Source: a virus | Lineage: Duplodnaviria; Caudoviricetes | Length of the DNA stretch: 57,533 bases | Direction: 5' to 3' (one strand) | Virus record (IMG/VR): IMGVR_UViG_3300044724_006087 | Span: 1-57,533 of that record | Part shown: positions 17,498 to 27,933 of the stretch, piece after piece | Layout of the letters: the number at the start of each line of letters is the position of its first letter | Numbering within the stretch: the first letter of the stretch is position 1 | Notes under the pieces: model-generated | The model's database searches: none | Told to the model about the DNA's origin: nothing | Seen by the model: only the letters and a program-made list of their open reading frames with translations | Position numbers and translations under genes: made by a program

Positions 17498-18945
17498 TGC
17501 AAACAGGTGAAGGATCATTTACTAATTTTAGAAACTTTATAGGTGTCGTTGAAGATAGAAACGATCCACAAGAATTAGGTAGAGTTAAAGTAAGAGTATA
17601 TTCTATTCATACAGAAGATCCGTCTGCGCTTCCTACAGAAGATTTACCATGGGCAATGGTAGTGCAACCTATAACATCAGCTGCTATGAGTGGCGTAGGT
17701 AGATCACCAACAGGAATTGTAGAAGGTACTTGGGTTTATGGTGTATTCCTTGATGAAGGCGAGTTCCAAACACCAATTGTTATAGGAACGTTGGCAGGAA
17801 AACCATCACAAAAGCCTGGTGATAGAGGGTTCACTGACTTAAAGAATAAAGTATATCCATTAGATGATCCAAATTTTTCTAAATTATCTGAGTCATCAGT
17901 ACCTAGATTGGCAAGAAAAAATGCAGAATCACATATCAATTTAATAAACAAAAGAAAGAATAAAAAGGATTTAGGCACAATATACTCAGCTAAAGGTTCT
18001 AAAGTATCAAGTGTATTAGTAGATAAAGAGGGAAGTTTTTACAAAAGAACAGAATGGAAAGAGCCTCATCCAAGATTTGGCGGACAAGGAAGACGTTTTC
18101 CACCAGGGGTTCCTAAATCTTCATATCCTCTAAACCACGTATGGTATACAGAAGCCGGTCACGTGTTTGAAGTAGATGATACTCCTAAAGCAGAACGTAT
18201 ACACGTATTCCATACAAAAGGAACATTCTTTGAAATTCAACCAAGCGGTGATAGAATGACTAAAGTAGTAGGAAACGACTACGAAGTTGTCTTTGGTGAA
18301 AAAGATATGTTTGTTAAAGGCAATGTTAACATTACTATCAATGGTGATGCTAGAACGCTTATTAAAGGAAACAAGATAGAAGAGATAGATGGAGATTACT
18401 TACTCACTGTAAGAGGTGATGTAGTTCAAAAGATTGCTGGTAACGAAGCTAAAGAGATTGGAAGTGATAAGTCAACTCAAATAAATGGAAACATGAATCA
18501 AAGAGTATCTAAAAATGTAAACATTACTACTGTTGGTAATTTTATTGATAGCATTAAAGGACTATTTAATAAAACAGTTACAGGAGAAGAATCAAGAACT
18601 AACCTAAGCAAGGCAACACATATCTTACCCGACAATTATACCTTGCTTGGTGCTAACAACTTAAACATTGCTGCAGGTGGTGATCTAAACATTGCTGCAG
18701 AAGGTAAAATGAAAATTAAATCTGTTGGCAATCAAACCGTAGAGAGTGAAGCTACACAAGCAATCTTAGCACCTACTGGTACTATTGATTATAACAACGG
18801 TTCTATTGATGTTGTATCTGGTAACATTACTGACACAAATGTTACATTGCATACTCATACTCATAAAACAACATCAATGGATACTGGAACCGGTGCAAAC
18901 TCAGGTCAGCAGAATGATTCTGATTCACCAACTAGCGGAACATAA
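17497..18945 (+). CDS. 5: central spike gp5 without a lysozyme domain
   Basis: OB-fold 'GVVEDRNDP..LGRVKVR...LPWA', 'YPLNHV..TEAGHVFEVDDTP..ERI...H..GTF.EI', beta-helix repeats, and C-terminal LHTHTH. Confidence 0.92.
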   Translation: MQTGEGSFTNFRNFIGVVEDRNDPQELGRVKVRVYSIHTEDPSALPTEDLPWAMVVQPITSAAMSGVGRSPTGIVEGTWVYGVFLDEGEFQTPIVIGTLAGKPSQKPGDRGFTDLKNKVYPLDDPNFSKLSESSVPRLARKNAESHINLINKRKNKKDLGTIYSAKGSKVSSVLVDKEGSFYKRTEWKEPHPRFGGQGRRFPPGVPKSSYPLNHVWYTEAGHVFEVDDTPKAERIHVFHTKGTFFEIQPSGDRMTKVVGNDYEVVFGEKDMFVKGNVNITINGDARTLIKGNKIEEIDGDYLLTVRGDVVQKIAGNEAKEIGSDKSTQINGNMNQRVSKNVNITTVGNFIDSIKGLFNKTVTGEESRTNLSKATHILPDNYTLLGANNLNIAAGGDLNIAAEGKMKIKSVGNQTVESEATQAILAPTGTIDYNNGSIDVVSGNITDTNVTLHTHTHKTTSMDTGTGANSGQQNDSDSPTSGT

Positions 18946-18947
18946 CT

Positions 18948-20102
18948 ATGAGCGGAAAACATTGCGGACCATCTAAAGCAGCACTAGATCTCGATAAGAA
19001 GATCGGTGGTGCTATGGACACAGTAAAAGATAGTTTCATTGGTAGTGCTGCTGGCGGTATTGCTGATGGCATTGCAGGATTAAAAAGCAGCCTTACAGGT
19101 CTTACTGATGGTATTGCTGCTGAAATTGAAAACGCAATACCTGAGATACCAAAACCAAAAGCTAATTTACAAGAACAAATGACTAAGTTAATGAGCAACT
19201 TAGATAACCCTGGTGCATTGTTATCAGAGCTAGAAGGGATTAAAGGAAACTTTGGTGGAAAAATTAACATTGATGATATGCTATCCAAAGCTGGAGTTGA
19301 TCCAAGTAAACTAGAAGGTCTAAGTGCACAGTTTAAAGACTTACAAAAAAAGGCACAATTACAAAATACTGTTGGTGCATTAGGAAAGTTAGCTACAGGA
19401 GACTTATCTGCAGTTAAAGATTTAATGGGAGGCATTCCTTCTATTACGTTACCTGGTTCTGATCCAGCAAGTATCTTAGATGCAATATGTAAAGACGTTC
19501 CTAATTTAGATTTAGATGCAGATGGAAATGTAATTAAAAAAGGTATAGAAACAAAATTACCAGCTGCAGATGCAGAAGCAGTTGAAGAAGCTGCAGAAGC
19601 TAATATCACTGCACCACCAGAAAAAGATATAGCTCCAGCAGACAAGTTAGAAACATCTGCTAACGTAATACTTAATCCAAATACAGAAGAAGCTCAAAAA
19701 ATAGAACAAGAATATATTGAAGCTCTAGAAATAATGATTCCTTTAAAGGAAGCAATAGCTGAAAGGGACATATTAGTTAAAGAGGAAGAACAAAAAAGAA
19801 ATAATGAAAATCCAGAAATGAGAAAAAATGCTCAAGCTCAAATAATAAAATATGAAAGAGAACAAAATAAAGATATTTTATACATTGAATTATTAGAAGC
19901 TGACCTTGAATATGTAAGAGACAATAAACTATTTGAAGCTAACCTAATATTAGAGAAACCTAGAAAGCCAAGTATTACTTGGGACGAGATTCATGAAAGA
20001 ACTTATTTTAGCAACTACCCAAAAACAATAGAACAAGTTTTGTTAATACCTAATTTAGAAATAAAAGGAGAGAGACCAGAGCGTCGTAACTTTGGTGGAT
20101 AA
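18948..20102 (+). CDS. hypothetical baseplate-associated protein (384 aa)
   Basis: Starts 2 nt after gp5 ends. Ala/Gly/Leu-rich helical N-half and charged coiled-coil C-half. Confidence 0.65.
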   Translation: MSGKHCGPSKAALDLDKKIGGAMDTVKDSFIGSAAGGIADGIAGLKSSLTGLTDGIAAEIENAIPEIPKPKANLQEQMTKLMSNLDNPGALLSELEGIKGNFGGKINIDDMLSKAGVDPSKLEGLSAQFKDLQKKAQLQNTVGALGKLATGDLSAVKDLMGGIPSITLPGSDPASILDAICKDVPNLDLDADGNVIKKGIETKLPAADAEAVEEAAEANITAPPEKDIAPADKLETSANVILNPNTEEAQKIEQEYIEALEIMIPLKEAIAERDILVKEEEQKRNNENPEMRKNAQAQIIKYEREQNKDILYIELLEADLEYVRDNKLFEANLILEKPRKPSITWDEIHERTYFSNYPKTIEQVLLIPNLEIKGERPERRNFGG

Positions 20103-20110
20103 ATAAACAT

Positions 20111-20491
20111 ATGGCTACTTTTACAGATTTTAACAACAGTTTAGCATTTTTACCTTCAACAGGCGACGTAGCTTTGAAGAAAGATGCTGATGCTGTAAAA
20201 CAATCTATAAAGAACCTAGTACTAACTGATAAGGGTGAAAGACTAATGCAACCTAGAATAGGATGCAAGTTAAGATCATTATTGTTTGAAAACTTTACAC
20301 CTCAAGCTAAGATAGTAGCCAAACAAACAATAACAGAAACAATAGATCAGTACGAACCTAGAGCACAGTTAATTAATGTTCAAGTATCATCGTCGCCAGA
20401 TAATAATGCAATGTATGTATCAATTGTATTTAATTTAATAAATAATGAACAGGAACAAGTATTGGATCTTGAATTAGATAGGATAAGGTAA
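20111..20491 (+). CDS. 25: baseplate wedge gp25
   Basis: 'DAVKQSIKNLVLT..GER..QP..G', 'LLFE', 'YEPRA'. A near-consensus late promoter GATAAATA lies at 20098-20105. Confidence 0.95.
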   Translation: MATFTDFNNSLAFLPSTGDVALKKDADAVKQSIKNLVLTDKGERLMQPRIGCKLRSLLFENFTPQAKIVAKQTITETIDQYEPRAQLINVQVSSSPDNNAMYVSIVFNLINNEQEQVLDLELDRIR

Positions 20492-22284
20492 TGGCAAATA
20501 GTAGTTTATCAGTAGCAAATATAGATTTTACAGACATTAAGAACGATCTTAAGCAATACCTTACGTCACAGGAAATCTTTAAAGACTTTAATTTTGATGG
20601 TTCTAACATGAGTGTGATGTTAGATATTTTGTCATATAACACATATATGCAAAACTTTTATCTTAATATGGTCGCTGCTGAAGGATTTATTGACAGTGCA
20701 CAATTAAGAGACAGCGTAGTATCACATGCAAAAACATTAAACTACTTACCAGGGTCACATACATCATCAAAAGCTGTTATTGATTTTGAAGTTTTACCAG
20801 CTAACACACCAGCGTCTATTACATTACCTAAGTTCACTTCTTTTACAACTCAAGTAGATTCAAACACATATACATTTACAACAAATGAAAGAATTACCAT
20901 ATCAGCTGACAATGACGGAAGATATGTTGTCGAAGACTTAGATTTATATGAAGGTGATATTGTATATGAATATTTTACAATCAATACTGCAAACACAGGA
21001 CAAAGATTTGTTTTAACTAATAAAGAAATAGATATTAATAGCTTAGAAGTAAAAGTACAATCATCAACAACAGACACAACTAATAACGTATACACTAAAA
21101 CTGGAACTACTATTGGAGTAGACGGCTCATCAAATGTTTATTTTGTTGTTCCAGCTGAATCTGAAAAGTATGAAATACAATTTGGCGATGGCGTTATTGG
21201 TAGAAAACTAATTAATGGTAACGTAGTTGAAGCAGTGTATAGAAAATCATCAGGCGATTTGCCAAACGGAGCTAATTCATTTACAATAGGAACAGCTGAC
21301 ATACCTTATGACAATACATCAATCACACTAGTATCATCTGCTAAAGGTGGTGGTGTAGCAGAATCTATAGATTCTATTAAAGTAAATGCTCCTAGATCAA
21401 TCACAGTTCAAGATAGAACTGTTACAGTAAGTGACTATAAAACATTACTACTACAAAACTTTAACGACATTGAAACACTAAATGTCTTTGGTGGAGAAGA
21501 TGCAACACCGCCAGAATTTGGTAAAGTAATTGTATCAGTAGATTTAAAAAATGCTGATGGTATTCCAGATAGTAGAAAGAAAGATATTGAAGACTTCTTA
21601 AAATTAAGATCACCGTTATCAGTAGTACCTAAGGTTATTGATCCAGAATTCTTATTTGTAAACATTAATACAGATGTAAGATATGATCCAAACTTAACTT
21701 CTAAATCAGATTTAGATATTAAGACATTAGTAATAGATAAAATACAAAGTTTTGCAACTACAAACATTAATAAGTTTGATAGTACATTAAGAAACTCACA
21801 GCTAGTAAGAAATATAGATGATAGTGATGCGGCTATATTAAATAACGACACTACAATAACATTACAAAAACTAATTAACCCAACACTAGATTCTGCTAAT
21901 AGTTTTGTGCTAAACTTTAATAACAAGATTCAACAAGAGATACCAAATGCATCTAATCAATATGTAGACGGAACCTCTCCAGTATCATCAACAACATTTA
22001 CATTTAGTAATCTTACAAGTTGTTCTTTAAGAGATAATGGTTTAGGAACTATGCAAGTTGTAAGACAAGCAAATGGTGAATTGCAAATTGTACAAAACAG
22101 TATTGGTACAGTAGATTATGAAAATGGAATTGTAAACATTAATAGTTTAAAAGTTTCATCTTACTCAGGTGCAGCTATTAATATTACTGCTACACCAGCT
22201 AACAAAACAATTAAATCAAGCAAGAACATTATCTTAAGATATAATCAAACTCCAATAGTCAACATTATTCAAGAGAGGGTATAA
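20491..22284 (+). CDS. 6: baseplate wedge gp6
   Basis: 'DF..IK..LK.YL..Q..FKDFNFDGS...LDILSYNT', 'SA.LR.SVVS.AK.L.Y.P', 'FGDGV.G', 'QDR.VT..DY'. Confidence 0.95.
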   Translation: MANSSLSVANIDFTDIKNDLKQYLTSQEIFKDFNFDGSNMSVMLDILSYNTYMQNFYLNMVAAEGFIDSAQLRDSVVSHAKTLNYLPGSHTSSKAVIDFEVLPANTPASITLPKFTSFTTQVDSNTYTFTTNERITISADNDGRYVVEDLDLYEGDIVYEYFTINTANTGQRFVLTNKEIDINSLEVKVQSSTTDTTNNVYTKTGTTIGVDGSSNVYFVVPAESEKYEIQFGDGVIGRKLINGNVVEAVYRKSSGDLPNGANSFTIGTADIPYDNTSITLVSSAKGGGVAESIDSIKVNAPRSITVQDRTVTVSDYKTLLLQNFNDIETLNVFGGEDATPPEFGKVIVSVDLKNADGIPDSRKKDIEDFLKLRSPLSVVPKVIDPEFLFVNINTDVRYDPNLTSKSDLDIKTLVIDKIQSFATTNINKFDSTLRNSQLVRNIDDSDAAILNNDTTITLQKLINPTLDSANSFVLNFNNKIQQEIPNASNQYVDGTSPVSSTTFTFSNLTSCSLRDNGLGTMQVVRQANGELQIVQNSIGTVDYENGIVNINSLKVSSYSGAAINITATPANKTIKSSKNIILRYNQTPIVNIIQERV

Positions 22285-25200
22285 TGCGACAAATAGAGAA
22301 CAAACTTTCTTTATTTGTTAAGGAGCAATTCCCAGCATTCTATAATGAAGAAGGTGAGATATTTCAGATCTTTCTTAAAGCCTATTACGAATACCTAGAA
22401 CAAACAGATAAAACATTAGACTATTCACGTAATTTACTAGAGTATAAAGATATAGATAAAACAACAGGAGAGTTCTTAGAACACTTCAAAGCAACGTTTT
22501 TATCACAATTACCAGGATTAGTTAAAGCAGATGATAGGCTTACTATTAAGAATATCATGGACTTTTATCGTGCAAAAGGTACACCAAGAGCTGTACAATT
22601 GCTATTCAGATTACTATTTGATGAGGCTATATCAGTAGGATATCCTAGTGAAGACGTTCTAAAACCATCAACATCAGACTATAAACTACCAAAATACATC
22701 GAAGTATATGCAAGTGATTTAGATAATCTTATATCATTGCAAGGATTGGAGATCGTTGGAGCAACGTCTGGTGCTAAGGCTTTTGTAGAAAGTATATCAA
22801 CAAAGATTTTAAACAGCGTAAAAGTTCACGTATTAACACTATCTACTCTTAGAGGAAACTTTGTAAGAGGAGAGATTATAGCTAAGTCTTCAGACGGACT
22901 CACAGATGATATGCCAATAGTAACAGGTTCATTATCATCAGTAGACATTACATTAGGTGGTAGTGATTATGTTGTAGGTGATACTTTTAACATCATAGCA
23001 TCATCAGGTAGACAAGGACAAGCAAGAGTAACAGCAGTAGCTGATGCTACAGGTCTAGTAGATTTTCAATTAGCAAATGGTGGTTTTGGTTTTTCATTAG
23101 ATGGCAATGTTACATTTACTGACGTCAACGATCAAAACATTACAGTTAACAATGTTATTAATGCTGCACAATCATATAGTAATTCATCACAAATAGACAA
23201 CGCAAGATTCTTAAACTTTGAAACAGTTAGACAAGATGTAGAAAAAATTACAACTATTGCAGCAACAGCTTTTAACCAAAACTTACAAGCATTTGGTATA
23301 GAAACATTACCAACAATTCAAGGTGCTTTATCAAATGGTCATGTTGTAGCAAATGGATATCTAATCAATTCATCAATAGGAACAGGTGTAAGTGATCTAA
23401 CAGTTGCTATGGTATCTGGTTCTTTCGGAAACCAAGTCACATCTACAATGAACTTAGCATCTAATACTCATACATTTCAAGTTAATGAGCCAGTAGATGA
23501 AGAGTCGTTTATCACATTAACAATAAACACATCAGGAAACCTACAAGCTATATTCTCAGTAAGTGATACTGTAAACAGTGATAGTTCAGGAGCAAATGGT
23601 ATTGTAGCTGCAATTACTAACTCTACAGTAATGACTGTCAATGGTGTATTTGGTGTATTTACTACAGACGATAATATTTTTGTAAAAGGAGCACCAGGAA
23701 CAACAGCTAATGTAACAGATGTTAATATAACCAACTCAGGTGCTAATGCAATTGTATCTACAGCTAACAGTTCAGAAATAGTATTGAACGATGTAGTTGG
23801 TGCATTTAATGACAATCTAAAAATTAAAGGTAGAAGAACAAATGCAATTGCAGTACTCAATACAGTATCTAACACAGGTGCATCAGATGTATATTTTAAT
23901 ACTAATGCATCAGTAAACGCATCAATAGATTCAACATCTAACGTATCTATAACTGCTACAGTAATCGGATCCAATGCAACTAACATAGGTTTTAAAACTA
24001 CAAGATATTCAAATGGTGGTACAGCAACGTTCCATAATAGTGCAGCAGCATTTATTAAAGGTGATGTATCAAACACATATGCTAACGTAGTTGGAGTAGG
24101 TACTGGAATTGGAGCTGACTTTAGTATTGGTACATTAGAGAACGAAGACCCAATAACAATATACACAGATATCATTGGTGATAATAATGTATCCAATGTA
24201 GCATACTTAGATTGTGTTATTGATGGCGGTAACAGCGGAATAGGATTCTTAGACTCAGTAAATATTAATACAGGTGGTACAGGATATACTAACGGAGCTT
24301 TAATAGAGTTTAATGCAGGTGGTGCAGGAGGAGGCGTTCCTACTACAAATGCTACAGCCAATATCACAACTGATGGATCAGGAACTATTATAAGCTCTAC
24401 CGTAGTAACTCAAGGTGCTGGATTCTATCAAAATTCTGTACCAACATTACCAAGTACATCAGGAACAGTAGCTAATGTAGAGGGAGTATTTGATTTTGGA
24501 TATGGATTTCCAAAGGACCAAGACGGCGATTTTACAACTATTTTAGATAAGGTATTTACAAGAATAAGCGGAAACGTTGGTACAATCTCATCATTATCCG
24601 ACATTAACCCAGGTAATAATTATAGCCATGATCCATTTGTATCTGTATATACTCCTGGTATTGCTAAGTACAATAGAAAAGATTTAGTTGTAAACTTAAC
24701 AGGAATGAACACGAGAGCTGATGGAGCTTATATAGATTTTATTATTGGAGAAACTATAAACCAGACAGTAACATTCCAATCACAAGTGTTAAATGCCTCA
24801 GGTGGATTTACTTTAACATTTAATAACGGTGCATCAAGTGCAGCTGCATCTAATACAGCTATAGAAAATTTAATTGGAACATCTGTTATACAAACAGTTA
24901 ACTCAACTGTTACTATATTAGGTGATATAACAACTGGTAATTCAACATCGGTAACAGCCACTAACTTAAGAGTAAGAACAGAAGACGCACAAAATAATTT
25001 TAGCTTTGATACTTCTAATGCAACACCATTTACAGCAGCAGCTGTTACGTTTGGTGATCCAAGTCAAGGAGATGCAAATGTATCAGGTGTTACAGGAACT
25101 CTAACAACGTTAGGGACCGTTTCTTCATCTGGTGTAGCAAAAGGTCAGGTATACAAATTTAAGAACAATAACGACGGCACAGGTGATGTAGGAATAAGAA

Positions 25201-25763
25201 GATTATCATTTAGTGTTGGATTTAATGACACAGGAACATTATCAGGAGCATCATCAGCAGCAGGTGGTACAATAGACTCAATATACGAAGACGATGCAAC
25301 TAGACCTATTGGTGACAATGCTAATGTAGTTGCAGATGCAAGAGCAGCTAACGGTATTGTTACAGCAGTAGAAGTTACAGATAGTGGATTTGGTTATCAA
25401 CATAATGCTAACCTAACATTAAGATCAACTAACACAGAGATTGATATTGTAGTAAGTGGTAGAGCAAATGTCTCAACAACTGGTACAGGTCCTGGATATT
25501 GGGCATCTAAGGAGTCATTTTTGAATACTAAATACATACACGACAATGACTTTTATCAATCTCACTCATATGTTATTGAATCAGGGTTGTCTTTAAATAA
25601 ATATAGGGATATACTACTACAATCTACGCACATTGCAGGCACAAGATTATTTGGTAGAGTATTTAAGGAAAGTGTTGCTAATGTTGCAATATCTGTTTCA
25701 AACAATCAGATACAAAGACTAAGAAGTAGCAATAGCGAAATATTAGAAACGGTAAACACGTAA
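22284..25763 (+). CDS. 7: baseplate wedge gp7-like protein with a long Ser/Thr/Asn/Gly insertion
   Basis: N-terminal 'QFP.F..E...F..FLKAYYE.LE', 'KNI.DFYRAKGT'; C-terminal 'D.DFYQ..SYVI.S....KYR....TH.AG..LFG'; sits between gp6 and gp8. Confidence 0.8.
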   Translation: MRQIENKLSLFVKEQFPAFYNEEGEIFQIFLKAYYEYLEQTDKTLDYSRNLLEYKDIDKTTGEFLEHFKATFLSQLPGLVKADDRLTIKNIMDFYRAKGTPRAVQLLFRLLFDEAISVGYPSEDVLKPSTSDYKLPKYIEVYASDLDNLISLQGLEIVGATSGAKAFVESISTKILNSVKVHVLTLSTLRGNFVRGEIIAKSSDGLTDDMPIVTGSLSSVDITLGGSDYVVGDTFNIIASSGRQGQARVTAVADATGLVDFQLANGGFGFSLDGNVTFTDVNDQNITVNNVINAAQSYSNSSQIDNARFLNFETVRQDVEKITTIAATAFNQNLQAFGIETLPTIQGALSNGHVVANGYLINSSIGTGVSDLTVAMVSGSFGNQVTSTMNLASNTHTFQVNEPVDEESFITLTINTSGNLQAIFSVSDTVNSDSSGANGIVAAITNSTVMTVNGVFGVFTTDDNIFVKGAPGTTANVTDVNITNSGANAIVSTANSSEIVLNDVVGAFNDNLKIKGRRTNAIAVLNTVSNTGASDVYFNTNASVNASIDSTSNVSITATVIGSNATNIGFKTTRYSNGGTATFHNSAAAFIKGDVSNTYANVVGVGTGIGADFSIGTLENEDPITIYTDIIGDNNVSNVAYLDCVIDGGNSGIGFLDSVNINTGGTGYTNGALIEFNAGGAGGGVPTTNATANITTDGSGTIISSTVVTQGAGFYQNSVPTLPSTSGTVANVEGVFDFGYGFPKDQDGDFTTILDKVFTRISGNVGTISSLSDINPGNNYSHDPFVSVYTPGIAKYNRKDLVVNLTGMNTRADGAYIDFIIGETINQTVTFQSQVLNASGGFTLTFNNGASSAAASNTAIENLIGTSVIQTVNSTVTILGDITTGNSTSVTATNLRVRTEDAQNNFSFDTSNATPFTAAAVTFGDPSQGDANVSGVTGTLTTLGTVSSSGVAKGQVYKFKNNNDGTGDVGIRRLSFSVGFNDTGTLSGASSAAGGTIDSIYEDDATRPIGDNANVVADARAANGIVTAVEVTDSGFGYQHNANLTLRSTNTEIDIVVSGRANVSTTGTGPGYWASKESFLNTKYIHDNDFYQSHSYVIESGLSLNKYRDILLQSTHIAGTRLFGRVFKESVANVAISVSNNQIQRLRSSNSEILETVNT

Positions 25764-27925
25764 TGGGAAAATTAGTTACATCAAATTTTAATTCACACAA
25801 TGCAAAGCAGTTTGTAGAATCTCTTAACGAGACTGCGAATAGTTTGTATTATGTTTTCTTAGGAAAGCATACTTCTTTTACAGATGACAACACTCCACCT
25901 ACTCAAAACAATTCACCAGAAGATGCTTATTATCAACCATATAGAGATATGATATATGGTAAGCAAGTGACCACATCAGATATAAAACACATGGTTGCAA
26001 ACAATGCATGGGTAGCAAATACAGTATATGCTCAATATGATCACAGAGACGGAGCATTAAAAGATAAAAATTTCTTTGTACATGTAGAAGAAGCAAATGG
26101 AGACTTTAGTGTCTTTAAATGTTTAGGAAATAACAAAGGTGCACTTTCAATAGATAAACCAAGTGCATCAGAAACATCTGCTAATGATGATATCTACATT
26201 ACAACAACAGACAGATATCAATGGAAGCTAATGTATGAAATTCCATTAGCTCAATATAACAAATTTACAACCTCTAAGAAAATACCTATTATTGATAATG
26301 CAAATGTATCAGGTAATGCAGTATCAGGAGCAATTGACTTTGTTACAGTTAACACAGGTGGTAGTAGATACAATAGTGTAGCTAATGGTATAGTAAAAGT
26401 TACCAACGTTGGAGGTAATACTAGAATGGTAGAAATAGAATCTCTAGTAAGTGCTAACGTAGCTTATAGTCAAGCAGGTGCTAATAATACTGGAACTTTC
26501 CAAGTAGAAAGAATTGATCTATTAGGTAAACATGCTAATGGCGATCTATATGATAGTAATAGTGCACCTAACTTAACAAACAACATTGCTAATGCAGTAG
26601 TAGTAGAAGCAAATACATCATCTTTAAGAGTAGTTGATATAGCAGGAAATTTCTTTGGTAACTCTGCTTTAGTGGTTGTTAGAGGTCAAACATCTAATGC
26701 AACAGCAGTAATATCAGAAATTACTTCAGAGACTTCATCACTATCAGCAAATACAGACTTCTATAAAGGATCAACATTTTATATCGCAGCAGGTTCAGGA
26801 GCAGGAGCAGGAGCTCAAATAAGTGAGTATATTGTAACTGGTTCAGCAAGAAGAGTATTGCTTGCTAATGATGTTGGCTTTGCTAATAGTTCAGGTATGA
26901 TTATTGATACTACATCAAGATTTGAAATTACTCCTTCAGTTACTATAACAGGTGATGGTCAAGGAGCAGAAGGTAGGGCAATAGTTAATACCCAAATTGG
27001 TGCAGTAGATACTATAGAAATAACAAAACGTGGATCTGGTTATACTTATGCAGATGCAATTGTAATTGGTAACACAGGTATTGTTAATAGTTTACAAGCT
27101 AATAATGCAAACGTAACAGTCATTATTGGACCTAAGGGCGGCCATGGTTCTGATCCTATCAATGAATTATATTCAGACACAGTAGGTATTTCTGTAGACT
27201 TTGCTAACAGTGAAGGTGGAAATATACCTGCTAACAATGACTTCAGACAAATAGGAATACTAAAAGATCCGTTGTTTAGCAATGTAGTTATAACATTAGG
27301 AAACACATTAACTACTGATAGTGCTACAGGATCAGGTACATCATTCCAAGATGAAGAAGTAGTAACTCAAAGTACATCAGGTGCATTTGGTGTTGTAACA
27401 TCTAGGTCTGCTGGTACAATAAATTTATCTAATGTATATGGTCAATTTGTAACAACTTCAGAAGGAAATACAACACACAGAATAGTAGGTGGTACATCAA
27501 ATACATCAGCAACAGTAAACAGTTTTGTAACAAGTGATAAGACAACATCTAACTTTACTACATTTGATCAAAGATTTAGATTAACAGGATTTGCACAAAC
27601 AACAACAGATGCAGCTTTTTCTATAGATGAACCAGTTATTCAGGCAAGTACTAATGCGACAGGTATAGTTCACAGTATAAATACTTCTAGTGGAAGCGTT
27701 CTAACTATTACAAATAAAAAAGGTAATTGGTTAGCATCTGATACTGCTACAGATACTCAGTATTCATTTAGTGGAAGCACAAGTGGAGCAGCTGGAACAT
27801 TTACTGATACTGCAGGACCAGATATAGTACCAAATACAGGTGAGGTAATTTACTTAGAAAACGTATCACCAATTACAAGATCAGATGATCAAACAGAACG
27901 AATTAAACTAATGATTGAGTTTTAG
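25763..27925 (+). CDS. 8: baseplate wedge gp8-like protein (extended)
   Basis: 'YVFLGK', 'VFKCL.N', 'YQWKLMY', 'GGHGSDP..EL', 'DFRQIG.LKDP', C-terminal 'G.VIYLEN..PITR..DQ.E.IKL.IEF'. Confidence 0.88.
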   Translation: MGKLVTSNFNSHNAKQFVESLNETANSLYYVFLGKHTSFTDDNTPPTQNNSPEDAYYQPYRDMIYGKQVTTSDIKHMVANNAWVANTVYAQYDHRDGALKDKNFFVHVEEANGDFSVFKCLGNNKGALSIDKPSASETSANDDIYITTTDRYQWKLMYEIPLAQYNKFTTSKKIPIIDNANVSGNAVSGAIDFVTVNTGGSRYNSVANGIVKVTNVGGNTRMVEIESLVSANVAYSQAGANNTGTFQVERIDLLGKHANGDLYDSNSAPNLTNNIANAVVVEANTSSLRVVDIAGNFFGNSALVVVRGQTSNATAVISEITSETSSLSANTDFYKGSTFYIAAGSGAGAGAQISEYIVTGSARRVLLANDVGFANSSGMIIDTTSRFEITPSVTITGDGQGAEGRAIVNTQIGAVDTIEITKRGSGYTYADAIVIGNTGIVNSLQANNANVTVIIGPKGGHGSDPINELYSDTVGISVDFANSEGGNIPANNDFRQIGILKDPLFSNVVITLGNTLTTDSATGSGTSFQDEEVVTQSTSGAFGVVTSRSAGTINLSNVYGQFVTTSEGNTTHRIVGGTSNTSATVNSFVTSDKTTSNFTTFDQRFRLTGFAQTTTDAAFSIDEPVIQASTNATGIVHSINTSSGSVLTITNKKGNWLASDTATDTQYSFSGSTSGAAGTFTDTAGPDIVPNTGEVIYLENVSPITRSDDQTERIKLMIEF

Positions 27926-27933
27926 AGGAACAA

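Noticed and set aside
23477-24367. Long antisense ORFs (also 10381-11466, 18932-19645, 35226-37211 and others)
   Set aside because: These are shadows of strongly biased sense-strand codon usage in real structural genes, with no RBS or recognisable motifs.
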